Source: Eledone cirrhosa (Eukaryota). From it: 64,000 nucleotides of DNA. The position numbers and the translations under genes were made by a program. Location: NCBI GenBank assembly GCA_964016885.1, contig OZ024743.1:42594001-42658000 (forward strand), in the 5' to 3' direction. The first letter of the stretch is position 1; the number at the start of each line of letters is the position of its first letter. Of the stretch, positions 1 through 17,620 are shown one piece after another. The notes beneath the pieces were generated by a model. The model was not told the DNA's origin. It worked only from the letters and a program-made list of their open reading frames with translations, and searched no databases.

Positions 1-207
1 ATTAAGCCGTTGGAATAGGGAAAAAAAGAAAAAGAAAGAAAGAGCAAACCCAAAGAAGGAAAACAAAAGGAAAACAAAAGAAAAAGAAAGAAAGAAAACC
101 CTAAGTGAGAGAATGTTGTATTAACGTAATTTTATGTGTTGATGAAGCGAAAAGATATATATATATATAGTGGTTGAATTACGCGGAGTAAATAAAGCGT
201 GGATAGA

Positions 208-242
<35 letters not shown>

Positions 243-1675
243 ATAGTAATAACCGGAGAATTTTATCTAATGTTTAAATTTGATTAAATGTTTAATTTAT
301 CAATTAAATTATTGAGATCCATAAATTAAAAATTGAGATCTATATATTATTAAAAGAATATATATATATATATATATATATATACTATCAAATAATATTA
401 TTAAAATATATGTTATTATTACATAACATAATATACATTTATTATTAATCATCAACCAACAATTAATTATTAATTTTTCAATTAATTAACAATAAAAATT
501 ATAAGAAATAATAAAAAATAAAAAGTTATGTTTAAAATATATGTTTAAAATATAGGAATGTTCAGAGATTTTACCGAAGAAAAATCTCTTCTTAGTAATA
601 GCAATACAGCGTGCGGGAAATTAATTGATTTATTTGTAATTTAGATAGCGGTAAGGATTAAATGTTATAAAGGTTAAGATGATAAAAAAAGTTAAGATTA
701 TAAAAGAACCTTATATTATTTTATAGTAAGTTATAATTTTATAAATTTTATATATTTTATAAATCCACCTGTAATACAGTTGTGACTGTTAAAATATAAT
801 ACTGTTTACTATAGTGTCTTAATGTTTAAAGTTTTTTTATAAGAATATATCTAAAGCATAAACCGTAAAAAAACCTGTTATATGAGTTCATTCATAGAAT
901 ATATTCAATTTATACATTTCGATATATATACACACACACATATACAAACAGACATACATACATGTATACATACGCATATATACACACATATATATATACA
1001 TACATATACACACATACATATACATATATACATATATATATATAAATACAAAATACATAATATAAAATAAAATATGACTTATAATTTTTAAAAGAATTAT
1101 AATTTTAAAAGGAATTACAATTTTTTAAAAATATAATTATATAATTTTAAAAGGAATAATATTTTTAAGCAATGTAATTTTTAAGCAATATAATTTTTAA
1201 AATATATATAAGAATATATAGAAACAACACAGTATAAAATATGAATTATAATTTTTTATATCCATCGAAAATTAACAAAAAATCTTTTTTTTTTTAGAAA
1301 CTTTCAGTATGTTTATCTTAATTTTTTATACCCATTTTTTTTTTAATTTTCGTTATGCTTATCTAGAAGAATTTTCAAGGAAAAATTTTTAAGGAAAGAC
1401 ATTTTTCTTCATTTAAGAGAGTTTTTGGCAGTCATTTGAAGGAAACTAATTATTTATCGATAGTTTTAATAAGATGAGTTATATATTACATTTGAAATTC
1501 ATATTTAAACGTTGAATTTAATCTATGTTTGCAGCAACTGAAAAGATTGTTCCTTAAATTCACAGAATTTTTGCTTTTTAATATAAAAGAATATTTCCTC
1601 TATACAAAGAGCACAATTTTCAGAAGAAGCGTTAAATGGAGGAGCTTTGGAGATAATATTACAAAGTAAAGAATA
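1..1675 (-). mobile_element. 3' portion (C-terminal coding end, 3' UTR and pseudo-LTR) of a Penelope-like element, same family as 21150-24410
   Basis: Reverse-complement similarity to ~22450-24150. Minus-strand translation near 1505-1675 gives ...ENCALCIEEIFFYIKSKNSVNLRNNLFSCCKHR, a CxxC...C(R/K)H terminal motif. Confidence 0.75.
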
Positions 1676-1749
1676 GTTAATGTTCTTTTATTTTAGGTCC
1701 CATAGTAAGCTAGATAGAGAAGTGTGCAGATTTTTTGTTAATTCCTCTC

Positions 1750-2930
1750 ATGGATATAAAAAATTATAATTCATATTATATACTTACTGTGTTTTTTCTA
1801 TATATTCTTATATATATTTAAAAAATTATAATGCTTAAAAATTACATTGCTTAAAATATAATTCCTTTTAAAATTATATAATTATATTTTTTTAAAATTG
1901 TAATTCCTTTTAAAATTATAATCCATATATTTTAAACATAAATTTTTTTATTTTTTATTATTTCTTATAATTTTTATTGTTAATTTAATTAAAAAATTAA
2001 TAATTAATTGTTGGTTGATGATTAATAATAAATTTATATAAGGTTATGTAATAATAACATATATTTTAATAATATTTTTAGATAGTATATATATATATAT
2101 ATATATTGGTAACCGGAATAGAAAATGCTGACAAATTGTTCACAGTTGAAAAATGCTTTAATTAGGAATAAAAGAGTATTAGTAATTGTATGGGTTAGTA
2201 TTCAGTTGTGGTTTTAAGCTTTTAAGTTTTTACCGGTTGCGCATTTCTAAATGCTTTTCAAAAATAATTTTGAGATAGAGTGTCCGTGTTGTTTGCTCAG
2301 ATCTCAATTTTTAATTTATAGATCTTAATAATTTAATTGATAAATTAAAGATTTAATCAAATTTAAACATTAGATAAATTTCTCTGATATTATTATTTAT
2401 TTATTTATTTATCTATCCACGCTTTATTTACTCCGCGTAATTCATCCACTATATGTATATATATTTTCGTTTCATCATCTCATAAAATTACGTTAATGCA
2501 ACACTCTCTCACTTAGGGTTTTCTCTCTTTCTCTTTCTTTTGTTTTTCTTTTGTTTTCCTTCTTTGGGTTTGCTCTTTCTTTCTTTTTCTTTTTCTTTTT
2601 CTTTTTCTTGTTTTCCAACGGCTTAATTTAAATGTACGGGATTTAAACCTCTCCGACACTAATTTGCAGAATAGACCAATAATAAAATTAGTAACCCCAC
2701 TATCCGGGAGCTTCCAACCGACATGGTCGCATTCTTTAAGGGTATGTCAATATTTGTTTATAAAACTAATATATATTATATTTTATCTGATGAAAGTGCA
2801 CCATAATTGGCTTTGGTGTCCTTGAAATATGTATAATGAAATAAATATGGTTTTATAAATATAGTTTCCATTTGTTAATATATTGTATTTTAACTCCAAA
2901 AATGTGTTGAGTGCTTTATATCAGTTATAA
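1750..2930 (+). mobile_element. Deleted plus-strand copy of the same PLE 3' UTR/pseudo-LTR, forming a large imperfect inverted repeat with 1-1250
   Basis: 1930-2628 is largely the reverse complement of 1-560. 2640-2880 matches 24160-24400. Confidence 0.75.
2779..2843 (+). ncRNA. Type I hammerhead ribozyme in PLE pseudo-LTR
   Basis: tattttat-CTGATGA-aagtgcacca..tggtgtcctt-GAAA-tatgta-TA-atgaaata. Stem I is 8 bp with one GU; stem III is near-palindromic. Confidence 0.75.
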
Positions 2931-2991
2931 AAATATCTGCTTGTTGTATCCCGACAAATTAAATATAACTTCTGCATATATATATATATAT

Positions 2992-3047
2992 AGGAACCAG
3001 TAAGACCCCGACATTTGAGCTCAGCTGTCGGGGTCTTACTGGTTCCT
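2992..3047. repeat. Perfect ~22-bp-arm hairpin at the end of a short insertion in (TA)n
   Basis: aggaaccagtaagaccccgaca / tgtcggggtcttactggttcct. Confidence 0.85.
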
Positions 3048-3125
3048 ATTACCCACTCTACTACCCCAAGTATTGAGTACTTTGGTGCGTTATGGTCCAC
3101 CTGGTTCCTTACCACATTTCCTTCG

Positions 3126-3126
<1 letters not shown>

Positions 3127-3186
<60 letters not shown>

Positions 3187-3207
3187 AATATGTATATATA
3201 TATATAA

Positions 3208-3274
<67 letters not shown>

Positions 3275-3299
3275 TGTATATATATATATTTATATATAA

Positions 3300-3330
<31 letters not shown>

Positions 3331-3391
3331 AATATGTATATATATATATATATATATATAAATATGTATATATATATATATATATATATAA

Positions 3392-3428
<37 letters not shown>

Positions 3429-3436
3429 TGTATATA

Positions 3437-3476
<40 letters not shown>

Positions 3477-3484
3477 TGTATATA

Positions 3485-3545
<61 letters not shown>

Positions 3546-3567
3546 TTATATATATATATATATATAT
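3127..3567. repeat. (TA)n microsatellite with TAAATATG interruptions
   Basis: Direct reading. Confidence 0.95.
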
Positions 3568-5649
3568 AATTAAGTTAAAAATGTACATCCACATATGTAT
3601 ACTGAAATACTAGTATGCATATGAATACACACACGTATACATATGTAGATGTACCGAGTTTTTCACTGGTCACTTTACTGTGAGTGTCCAGCTATTCTGT
3701 ATGTAAACACACAGACAAACCGGTTTTTAGAGTCATACTGGTTTTTGAGGAAAAACCTTTCCTCTATTCTTCCAGAAAGCCAGGCAAGGAATATTGAACT
3801 AGTTTCGATGTTGTTACATCTCATCAGCAATATTTACCTATCTTCCGGCCTCTCTAGAGAATCGTAAAAGCACATATCGTTATATGCTTTTTCTATGAAA
3901 ATTAGTAGTGGGCAGACTAATTTGCATAGAGCGTGAGTACGTACCGGTTCAACGGAGACGATAAAAACAAATAACGAAACGAAATTAAATTTCGTTTCGT
4001 TTGTAACTCACTTTTGTATGACTGACGCTTAAACAATTAAGTTAAAAATGTACATCCACATATGTATACTGAAATACTAGTATGCATATGAATACACACA
4101 CGTATACATATGTAGATGTACCGAGTTTTTCACTGGTCACTTTACTGTGAGTGTCCAGCTATTCTGTATGTAAACACACAGACAAACCGGTTTTTAGAGT
4201 CATACTGGTTTTTGAGGAAACACCTTTCCTCTATTCTCCAGAAAGCCAGGCAAGGAATATTGAACTAGTTTCGGTGTTGTTACATCTCATCAGCAATATT
4301 TACCTATCTTCCGGCCTCTCTAGAGAATCGTAAAAGCACATATCGTTATATGCTTTTTCTATGAAAATTAGTAGTGGGCAGACTATTCGTTTCGTTATTT
4401 GTTTTTATCGTCTCCGTTGAACCGGTACGTACTCACGCTCTATGCAAATTAGTCTGCCCACTACTAATTTTCATAGAAAAAGCATATAACGATATGTGCT
4501 TTTACGATTCTCTAGAGAGGCCGGAAGATAGGTAAATATTGCTGATGAGATGTAACAACATCGAAACTAGTTCAATATTCCTTGCCTGGCTTTCTGGAAG
4601 AATAGAGGAAAGGTTTTTCCTCAAAAACCAGTATGACTCTAAAAACCGGTTTGTCTGTGTGTTTACATACAGAATAGCTGGACACTCACAGTAAAGTGAC
4701 CAGTGAAAAACTCGGTACATCTACATATGTATACGTGTGTGTATTCATATGCATACTAGTATTTCAGTATACATATGTGGATGTACATTTTTAACTTAAT
4801 TGTTTAAGCGTCAGTCATACAAAAGTGAGTTACAAACGAAACGAAATTTAATTTCGTTTCGTTATTTGTTTTTATCGTCTCCGTTGAACCGGTACGTACT
4901 CACGCTCTATGCAAATTAGTCTGCCCACTACTAATTTTCATAGAAAAAGCATATAACGATATGTGCTTTTACGATTCTCTAGAGAGGCCGGAAGATAGGT
5001 AAATATTGCTGATGAGATGTAACAACATCGAAACTAGTTCAATATTCCTTGCCTGGCTTTCTGGAGAATAGAGGAAAGGTGTTTCCTCAAAAACCAGTAT
5101 GACTCTAAAAACCGGTTTGTCTGTGTGTTTACATACAGAATAGCTGGACACTCACAGTAAAGTGACCAGTGAAAAACTCGGTACATCTACATATGTATAC
5201 GTGTGTGTATTCATATGCATACTAGTATTTCAGTATACATATGTGGATGTACATTTTTAACTTAATTGTTTAAGCGTCAGTCATACAAAAGTGAGTTACA
5301 AACGAAACGAAATTTAATTTCGTTTCGTTATTTGTTTTTATCGTCTCCGTTGAACCGGTACGTACTCACGCTCTATGCAAATTAGTCTGCCCACTACTAA
5401 TTTTCATAGAAAAAGCATATAACGATATGTGCTTTTACGATTCTCTAGAGAGGCCGGAAGATAGGTAAATATTGCTGATGAGATGTAACAACATCGAAAC
5501 TAGTTCAATATTCCTTGCCTGGCTTTCTGGAGAATAGAGAAAAGGTGTTTCCTCAAAAACCAGTATGACTCTAAAAACCGGTTTGTCTGTGTGTTTACAT
5601 ACAGAATAGCTGGACACTCACAGTAAAGTGACCAGTTAAAAACTCGGTA
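3568..5649. mobile_element. Retrozyme-like array (family A): 466/467-bp non-coding units, ~1.8 copies in one orientation then ~2.7 inverted, each with a type I hammerhead
   Basis: Near-identical units with an inversion junction near 4386. HHRs at 3790-3834(-), 4256-4300(-), 4535-4579(+), 5002-5046(+) and 5468-5512(+). Flanked by (TA)n on both sides. Confidence 0.85.
4535..4579 (+). ncRNA. Minimal type I hammerhead ribozyme (representative of 5 copies)
   Basis: aatattg-CTGATGA-gatgt aaca acatc-GAAA-ctag-TT-caatatt. 7-bp stem I, 5-bp stem II, palindromic stem III. Confidence 0.9.
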
Positions 5650-6054
<405 letters not shown>

Positions 6055-6069
6055 GGGGGGGGTTGTGTG

Positions 6070-6365
6070 GAGGAAGTTATAGTTCACTTGAAGCATTGTG
6101 TAATGAGGTATAAACGTTTGTATTTGTAAAGCCAAAACAATGCAGGTATGGACATAAAATACAAATGCAAATGCAAAAGATATTGTTGACAATTAGTCTT
6201 TTAACTTAAATTTATTTAAATAAATTTAAGATAAAAGACTAATTGTCAACAATATGTTTTGCATTTCCATTTGTATTTTATGTCCATGCCTGCATTGTTT
6301 TGGATTTACAAATACATACGTTTATACCTCTTTACACTATGCTTCAAGTGAAATATAACTTCCTC
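6070..6365. repeat. ~148-bp-arm imperfect palindrome between microsatellites; partial copy at 7476-7582
   Basis: Centre near 6217 (aaatttattt/aaataaattt); arms start gaggaagttata and end tataacttcctc. Confidence 0.85.
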
Positions 6366-6405
6366 TATATATATATATATATATGTGTGTATATATATAT
6401 ATATT

Positions 6406-6456
<51 letters not shown>

Positions 6457-6530
6457 TTTTATATATATATATATATATATAAAATAAAGTTAAATAAAAA
6501 GTCAAATGTTTAAGATTTAGCTTCGTTTAT

Positions 6531-6585
6531 TACTGTTATATATTTCAGTGACAGCCGTCTTTGGCTGTGACCTCTTCAGGCAGTC
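6531..6585 (-). ncRNA. Type I hammerhead (slightly degenerate); related copy at 46201-46256(-)
   Basis: Minus strand: actgc-CTGAAGA-ggtcacagcc..ggctgtcact-GAAA-tata-TA-acagt. First stem I pair is mismatched. Confidence 0.55.
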
Positions 6586-6964
6586 CGAATTAGTGTGGTA
6601 TAGGCAAGTACATATGTTGTTGAGGTGTATAATTTTGTCAATACTCTGATATGCCCAGTTCCTGGTTGGGTTGTTATTTCACTGAGGAACTGGAATCATA
6701 TGATTCCAGTTCCTCAGTGGTGACAGTCAGGTTTGCAATTTTCAAGAAAATTGCAAACTTGACTTTCACCACTGAAAATGAACTTGAAGATTGAGAAAGC
6801 ATGAAAGTACTTGTCCAATTAACACTTAACATTTAATATTCTACCATACTATTTCATTATAATATCATTATAATTCTTGCAATTCCTTTTATTAATATAA
6901 TCTTCTATACACAATCACACACACCCGTCTATATTTATTTATACACTGTATATATATATATAAA

Positions 6965-7470
6965 TATAAGTATGTACACGTACATACATATATGTATACA
7001 GACGTACATAGTATGTATATATATATATACATACATGCACACATATATATATGTACGTATGGATTCACCGAACATTTATTATAATGCTCGGTGTGTTTGT
7101 AAACAAATATCCCGTATTAAGCCGTAGTGTCTAGCAACAATCGTTGCTCGTTTGTTCAACACTGACAAAGGAACGCTGTACTAGTTTCAAGCTTATTAGC
7201 TATCGTCAGCAACGTATACCTTCCTGCCAGATTGTTGAACGTATATACTTACCTTATGCATATTAACGGCTGAGTAGCCCAATTTGCATATCGAGTGGGT
7301 TAATCGGCCGGGTGCACCGAAAACGATAAACGATAAACGATAAACGTGTACATACTTATATTTAAGTAACAGCCGTACTAAGAGTGGAAATGAAATTTCG
7401 TTTCATTTTTTCCTTTTATCGTTTTCGGTGCACCCGGCCGATTAACCCACTCGATATGCAACCTGGGCTA
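6965..7470 (-). mobile_element. Retrozyme-like unit (family B) with hammerhead at 7174-7214(-) and a short inverted duplication
   Basis: Minus strand: cgttg-CTGACGA-tagct aata agctt-GAAA-ctag-TA-cagcg. Similar to 24840-25745 and 44875-45350. Confidence 0.75.
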
Positions 7471-7580
7471 CCATGAAATAAATTTAAGGTAAAAGACTAA
7501 TTGTCAACAATATCTTTTGCATTTGCATTTATATTCTATGTCCATACCTGCATTGTTTTGGCTTTACAAATACAAACGTT

Positions 7581-7790
<210 letters not shown>

Positions 7791-7794
7791 ATTA

Positions 7795-8187
7795 TGAAAT
7801 ATGGTGACGGAGCACACGAGTTGGAATATATATATGTATATATAAATAGGGAGAGAGAAAAACCATTATTAGGAAGAAAAGTATTTTTTTTTCCTTTATT
7901 TTTTCTCTTTTTTCTGGGTTAGAAAATGTTTAAAACAAAATATTTTAATTTGTCTGAAGTGTTAATGTATTAGTTAATTTATGTATTAATTAACAATAGG
8001 ATTGATTGATTTATTTATTATTTTATTTATTTAATAATTGTCAATTACCGATTTCAGCCTGTTATGTATTATCAAATGGGGGAATTTGTATTGGTATAAA
8101 ATGTAGGTGAGAAGTTAAGGTGATGTTGAACATGTTAAGGAAATGGGAAAGAAAGAATAATATTATTTACAAACAAGGTTTTTGAAG

Positions 8188-8200
<13 letters not shown>
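7795..8200 (-). repeat. Inverted upstream pseudo-LTR of the Penelope-like element at 8500-13380
   Basis: Reverse complement of 13030-13380 and of 8850-8882. Confidence 0.8.
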
Positions 8201-8218
<18 letters not shown>

Positions 8219-8231
8219 ATATATGAAAATT

Positions 8232-8470
8232 AGAAATTAGAAATTATAAGCTTTCACCGTATTTTAGACTAAAGAAATTTCTAGCCTGATAGTGGGGTTT
8301 ATAACCCTCGGAGAAATGGAAAAAGATGAGTGGTACGGCAACACTCATCTTTTTCCATTTCTCCGAGGGTTATAAACCCCACTATCAGGCTAGAAATGTC
8401 TTTAGTCTAAAATACGGTGAAAGCTTATCATTTCTAATTTCTAATTTTCAAACTCGCGCACCGTTTCAAA
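8232..8470. repeat. Palindromic fragment of the tRNA-headed repeat family seen at 35566-36215
   Basis: Centre near 8340; shares ctcatctttttccatttctccgagggtt...ccccactatcag. Confidence 0.75.
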
Positions 8471-8499
8471 AACATACTTACATGTTTACATTTATAAAA

Positions 8500-13380
<4,881 letters not shown>

Positions 13381-13382
13381 AT

Positions 13383-13425
<43 letters not shown>

Positions 13426-13428
<3 letters not shown>

Positions 13429-14077
13429 GAAGAGAGAAGGAACATTTAGATATAATTAGTAATAAAATGTATCATACCTAAACTGCTCCTAGATTCCTCG
13501 ACTACGTAGTTTCGTGGCATAAACAAAAACAGTACATCATAAAGATATAGAGCCTTTGCGAGGTCTGCCGACTTATCAAGAGGATACCTCATTTTATAGC
13601 TTCAAGAACGCGTTTACAGGACGTGAGAAAGAATCCCAAAAGGCGGAGGGGGAGATTGTCACGCGATATAACGGTCGAGAAACAGAGCTAAGCCTCTTAT
13701 AACCTCGAAGAAAATACCAAGGAGGCGGAGGGGGTATTTATATCGAAGCCGTAGAAGAGGTGGTAAAGGAGGAGAGAAGTATGAGTAATGGCAGCTTTCC
13801 AGCAGTCACTACACTTCAAAGATTACTCGACCAGAGGGAGTTATGAACAATATATTTAGAAACACACAGATACATGCGGACACACACATATACATGAATG
13901 CATCCACATCCAACCGTGAGTCAATGGTGCCAACCCTACCGATGTTGCTCAATGAATGACTGGGACAGACCAATCCGGTTGAACCAGACTGAACCAGTAT
14001 CAGAGTTAAAAATACATTATGAAGAGAGAAGGAACATTTAGATATAATTAGTAATAAAATGTATCATACCTAAACTG
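13426..14077 (-). mobile_element. ~590-bp non-coding unit with a ~60-bp terminal direct repeat and a hammerhead (retrozyme/pLTR-like)
   Basis: attatgaagagagaaggaac...cctaaactg at 13425-13485 and 14016-14077; HHR at 13495-13584(-). Confidence 0.7.
13495..13584 (-). ncRNA. Type I hammerhead, U3-A8 core variant with long stem II
   Basis: Minus strand: tcctc-TTGATAA-gtcggca...tgccac-GAAA-ctacgtag-TC-gagga. Perfect stem I and an 8-nt palindromic stem III. Confidence 0.75.
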
Positions 14078-14080
14078 ATA

Positions 14081-14506
14081 CTAGCCGAATTACCCGCGCC
14101 TTGCTGCGTTTCACCCATTTTTTAAAAAGAAAATGATGATTGATTTTAAATCAGTGATTTAATTTATGGAGAAAAATCTCTGCATTTCAATATTACTCAA
14201 TGTAAAATGTAATGCATGAAAAATTAGAAAAGATTATTTTTTGTTATATATCAAATCAAAATTACATTATTAAATCTTATTCTTATTTTGTTTCTTGTAA
14301 ATATTTTTTCAAAATGCCAATTCAAAACGTTTGTGAATAGGCATCATATGTTGTCATTTGCCTATGGTTTAAATTTCATATGAATCGAAGGGAAAACATT
14401 CTTCACCTTAAAACATGCTAGTTCCCAATTATTATATGTTGTTATATATATGTACAAAATATTTCTCTATCGATATACAAATACATATATATATTTTTTT
14501 TTTAGA
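14081..14506 (-). mobile_element. Non-autonomous Helitron-like element fragment
   Basis: CTAG terminus next to a GC-rich hairpin (cgcgccttgctgcg). 14330-14400 matches 20247-20320. The other end is uncertain. Confidence 0.45.
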
Positions 14507-14531
14507 TTTAAACATTTACTAATATATAATC

Positions 14532-17106
14532 TACAATTAAATAATTGGTCTGGCACCCAGCGGTATTAGGGTCGCAACCCGGCAAAAGGGGCTCTGGTGA
14601 ATATCCAAGAGGTGTCTGTTTCGGCAACCGGCGGCTTCGGGTCGTTTCTGTCCCTGCGTCTGTGGAGAATCTGCGGCAAACAGGACGTTTTTTCCCCTCG
14701 TTCGGGATATACATACGGGTTTTTTGGGGACCGCTTGTGAATTCACTACTCCCATGACACTTCTTCCATGAATCCTACAAATACGAACTATGAATACGAA
14801 TTGCCTCCCCGCTACGAACGCAATGCAAAACAACAACTCTCCTACCGCTATGGCTCTACAGACTACTCCCGCAGTAGTCCCGCTCTTCAGACGAAGGAAG
14901 GAATTGAGGGTGGCGTGCTGGAACGTCCGAATACTTCGTGACGACAGTGTCCAGGCACTTACAATGAAGGCTCTGCGCAGGTACTGCGTTTGTGTCGCTT
15001 GCCTTTTAGAAGTTCGATTTCCCGGTGTTTGTCATCTTCCAATCACAGTTCCTGGCGAGGACATCTCCTACCACTTGTACCATAGTGGCGTGACTGACAA
15101 CAGTGGCCTTCACGGGGTCGCTGTAGCGCTCAAGCCCGACGCGCAAGCGGCTCTGCTGGCGTGACAGCCGATCTCACACCGACTCGCGCTGGTTCGATTG
15201 AAGGGTCAAATCTCCAACGTCAGCGTAATTGCCGTCTACGCTCCCACACTCAATGCGGACGAGGCGGACAAGACGCAGTTCTATGCCGATATCCAAACAA
15301 CCATGGATGGCGTCTCCTCCAGTGATGTTCTCATTATCTCTGGGGATTGGAATGCGCGGACAGGGCCAACTAATGATACAACACGGCATATTCTAAGACG
15401 CTTCGCCCTAGGCGTACCCTGTGACAATGGTCAACGGCTCGTATCCTTCGCGGATGCCAATCGTCTTATCGTCACTAACACCCGGTTCCAATATCCTCGG
15501 CGTCACCTCGTCACGTGGCGATCCAATGAGGGAAGAACGGCCAATCAGATTGACTGCATCCTTATCAGATCTCGTTGGGCCAGCTCACTGAGGACTCGCG
15601 TGCGTATCGAGGGGCTGATACGGGCAGTGAGCATGGGTCGGACCATACTCTTGTTCGAGCAACCCTTCGTCTGCGGCTGCAGGCAAACCTCCTCCCAACC
15701 GCAAGAAAAGGATCGACATCTCGCGACACAAGCTCGATGATGGAAATGCTTTCCGGCTAGAGCTGCGAAACCGATTACAAATACTGAGTAACGAAGTGGA
15801 ACAGCAACCGGAGCAGGAGTGGAATGCGCTCAGGGCGGCGACGGTTGAGGTGGCCAGAGAGCATCTCGGGTCGACCCAAAGACGCCATCGGCACTGGATC
15901 TCCGGCGGAACTCTTGAACTCGCGGAGAGGGCGAGAGTGGCCCGACTCGCGGCTGCATCCAATCTTCAAGATCTCCGACGTCGCACAACACGGGCTAATC
16001 GGGCCGATCGGAATGCACACTGGCGCGAATTTGCGCAGCAGACGGAGAGGGCAGCAGCCTGTGGTGACTCGCGCAAGCTCTACCAACTGGTGAAGCGGGC
16101 CAGCCGAAGCTGTACGGGTATCAGCGAGACGATCCGTGATCGGAACGGGGCGGTCATTACCAATCTTAATGACCGGCTAGTCCGTTGGCGGGACCATTTC
16201 TCCGAGCTGTTCAACCACCCGCCACCACCCACGCCAACCTACGTGCAGCCTTCCGGAGAAGAATACGGGACGTTAACGGGACAGATGTACAAGTTGCTCA
16301 TGAAAGGGTGCACACTGCAGCCGATGCTGTTTCGCCAAGTCGAAATTCATGACGTCACTGGTCTTGCCTGATGCCTGGCAGCCAATATCTCTCGAGGGCG
16401 TCGACCTGGATGATGTGGAGTCCTTCGTTTACCTGGGCTCAACAGTGGTTACAACGGGACAGGGCGCAGCCGAAGTCAAACGTCGCATAGGTGCTGCCAG
16501 ATCCACTTTTGGGCGCCTCCAGCGGTGTCTGTGGGACAGAAGAGAGATCACCTCGGCGACCAAAGGGCGAATCTACCAGGCCGTCCTTCGCACTATCCTC
16601 CTCTATGGCTGTGAAACATGGCCTATGAGGGTAGTCGATCAACGGGGGCTGGAGGTCTTCGACAATGACTGTCTCCGCCGCATTATTCTCTGTCCACGCG
16701 TTGATCGGGTACCTACCGCCAGTCATCGTCTTCGCCTGAATCTTCGACCCCTTCCTTCAGTGCTTCTGCAACGGCGCTTGAGATGGTTTGGTCACGCGGC
16801 TCGGCTCCCTGAGGGTGAACTGATCTACGATGTTCTCCTCCCACCTCCACTCCCTAACTGGCGCAAGCGTGTTGACGGGCAGCTGAAGACCTGGGCAACG
16901 ACGATCAAGGAGGACCTCTCAGAACTCTCAGGTCCGCAGGTCGTCGGCCTGCGCCGATGGAACCGTGACTGACTCGCTATCGCCAGTGACCTATCCCGGG
17001 ACCGTCGTGCGTGGGCTGCAATGGTTCGTGATGCCGTCAGGACAAGGGGAGAAGCCGGCTCAACCCGTCCAGTGTGAATGTCGACACAAGTACAAGTACA
17101 AGTAAG
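14532..17106 (+). mobile_element. RTE-clade LINE with both ends intact, RT core internally deleted
   Basis: APE motifs (ACWNVR, VIAVYAPT, GDWNARTG, NQIDCIL, GSDH), RTE C-terminus (FVYLGS, ILLYGCETW, RRLRWFGHAAR), (ACAAGT)3 tail, 12-bp TSD taatatataatc at 14520-14531 and 17107-17118. Confidence 0.9.
14790..17077 (+). pseudogene. RTE ORF (AP endonuclease plus RT C-terminal part) with stops, frameshifts and a deletion near 16265
   Basis: ORF track 14790-15164, 15198-15740, 15796-16371, 16349-16972; no YADD-containing segment. Confidence 0.85.
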
Positions 17107-17199
17107 TAATATATAATCCTCTCAAAGGGAGTAACTCACTCATATTTCAGTATTAAAATATAAATACGTACTTATGCATAAAAATTACACAAAATAATG

Positions 17200-17310
17200 A
17201 TTACATACACACACATGTATGTGATGAGTGTGGAAGGAAGGGGGCTGTGACAAACTATAGTAAACAGAGAACAGTGTACGCTACACCTGTGTTACTCATA
17301 CATATAAATG

Positions 17311-17392
<82 letters not shown>

Positions 17393-17620
17393 CTCTCTCA
17401 CGCACACACACACACTCACACACACACACACGCACACATACACACACATGTATGTGATGAGTGTGGAAGGAAGGGAGCTGTGACAAACTATAAGAAACAG
17501 AACAGTGCCGGTACACTTGCGTTACTCATACATATAAATGTAAACATATGCACACACATACTCACCACACACACACAAACACACACACACACACGCACAC
17601 ATACTTACGCACATATATGT
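17200..17620. repeat. Tandem duplication of a ~110-bp segment separated by (CA)n
   Basis: catgtatgtgatgagtgtggaaggaagg...gaacagtg at ~17214 and ~17447. Confidence 0.8.

Noticed and set aside
3649-5617. Repeated 60-72-aa ORFs in the 466-bp units
   Set aside because: They recur only because the DNA is repeated. A 1-bp indel changes the frame between units, they lie antisense to the ribozyme, and they show no protein motif.
14545-14690. HDV-like ribozyme in the RTE 5' UTR (known in some RTEs)
   Set aside because: Hairpins and GCAAA segments are present, but I could not assign a consistent nested double pseudoknot by eye. An HDV descriptor search is needed.
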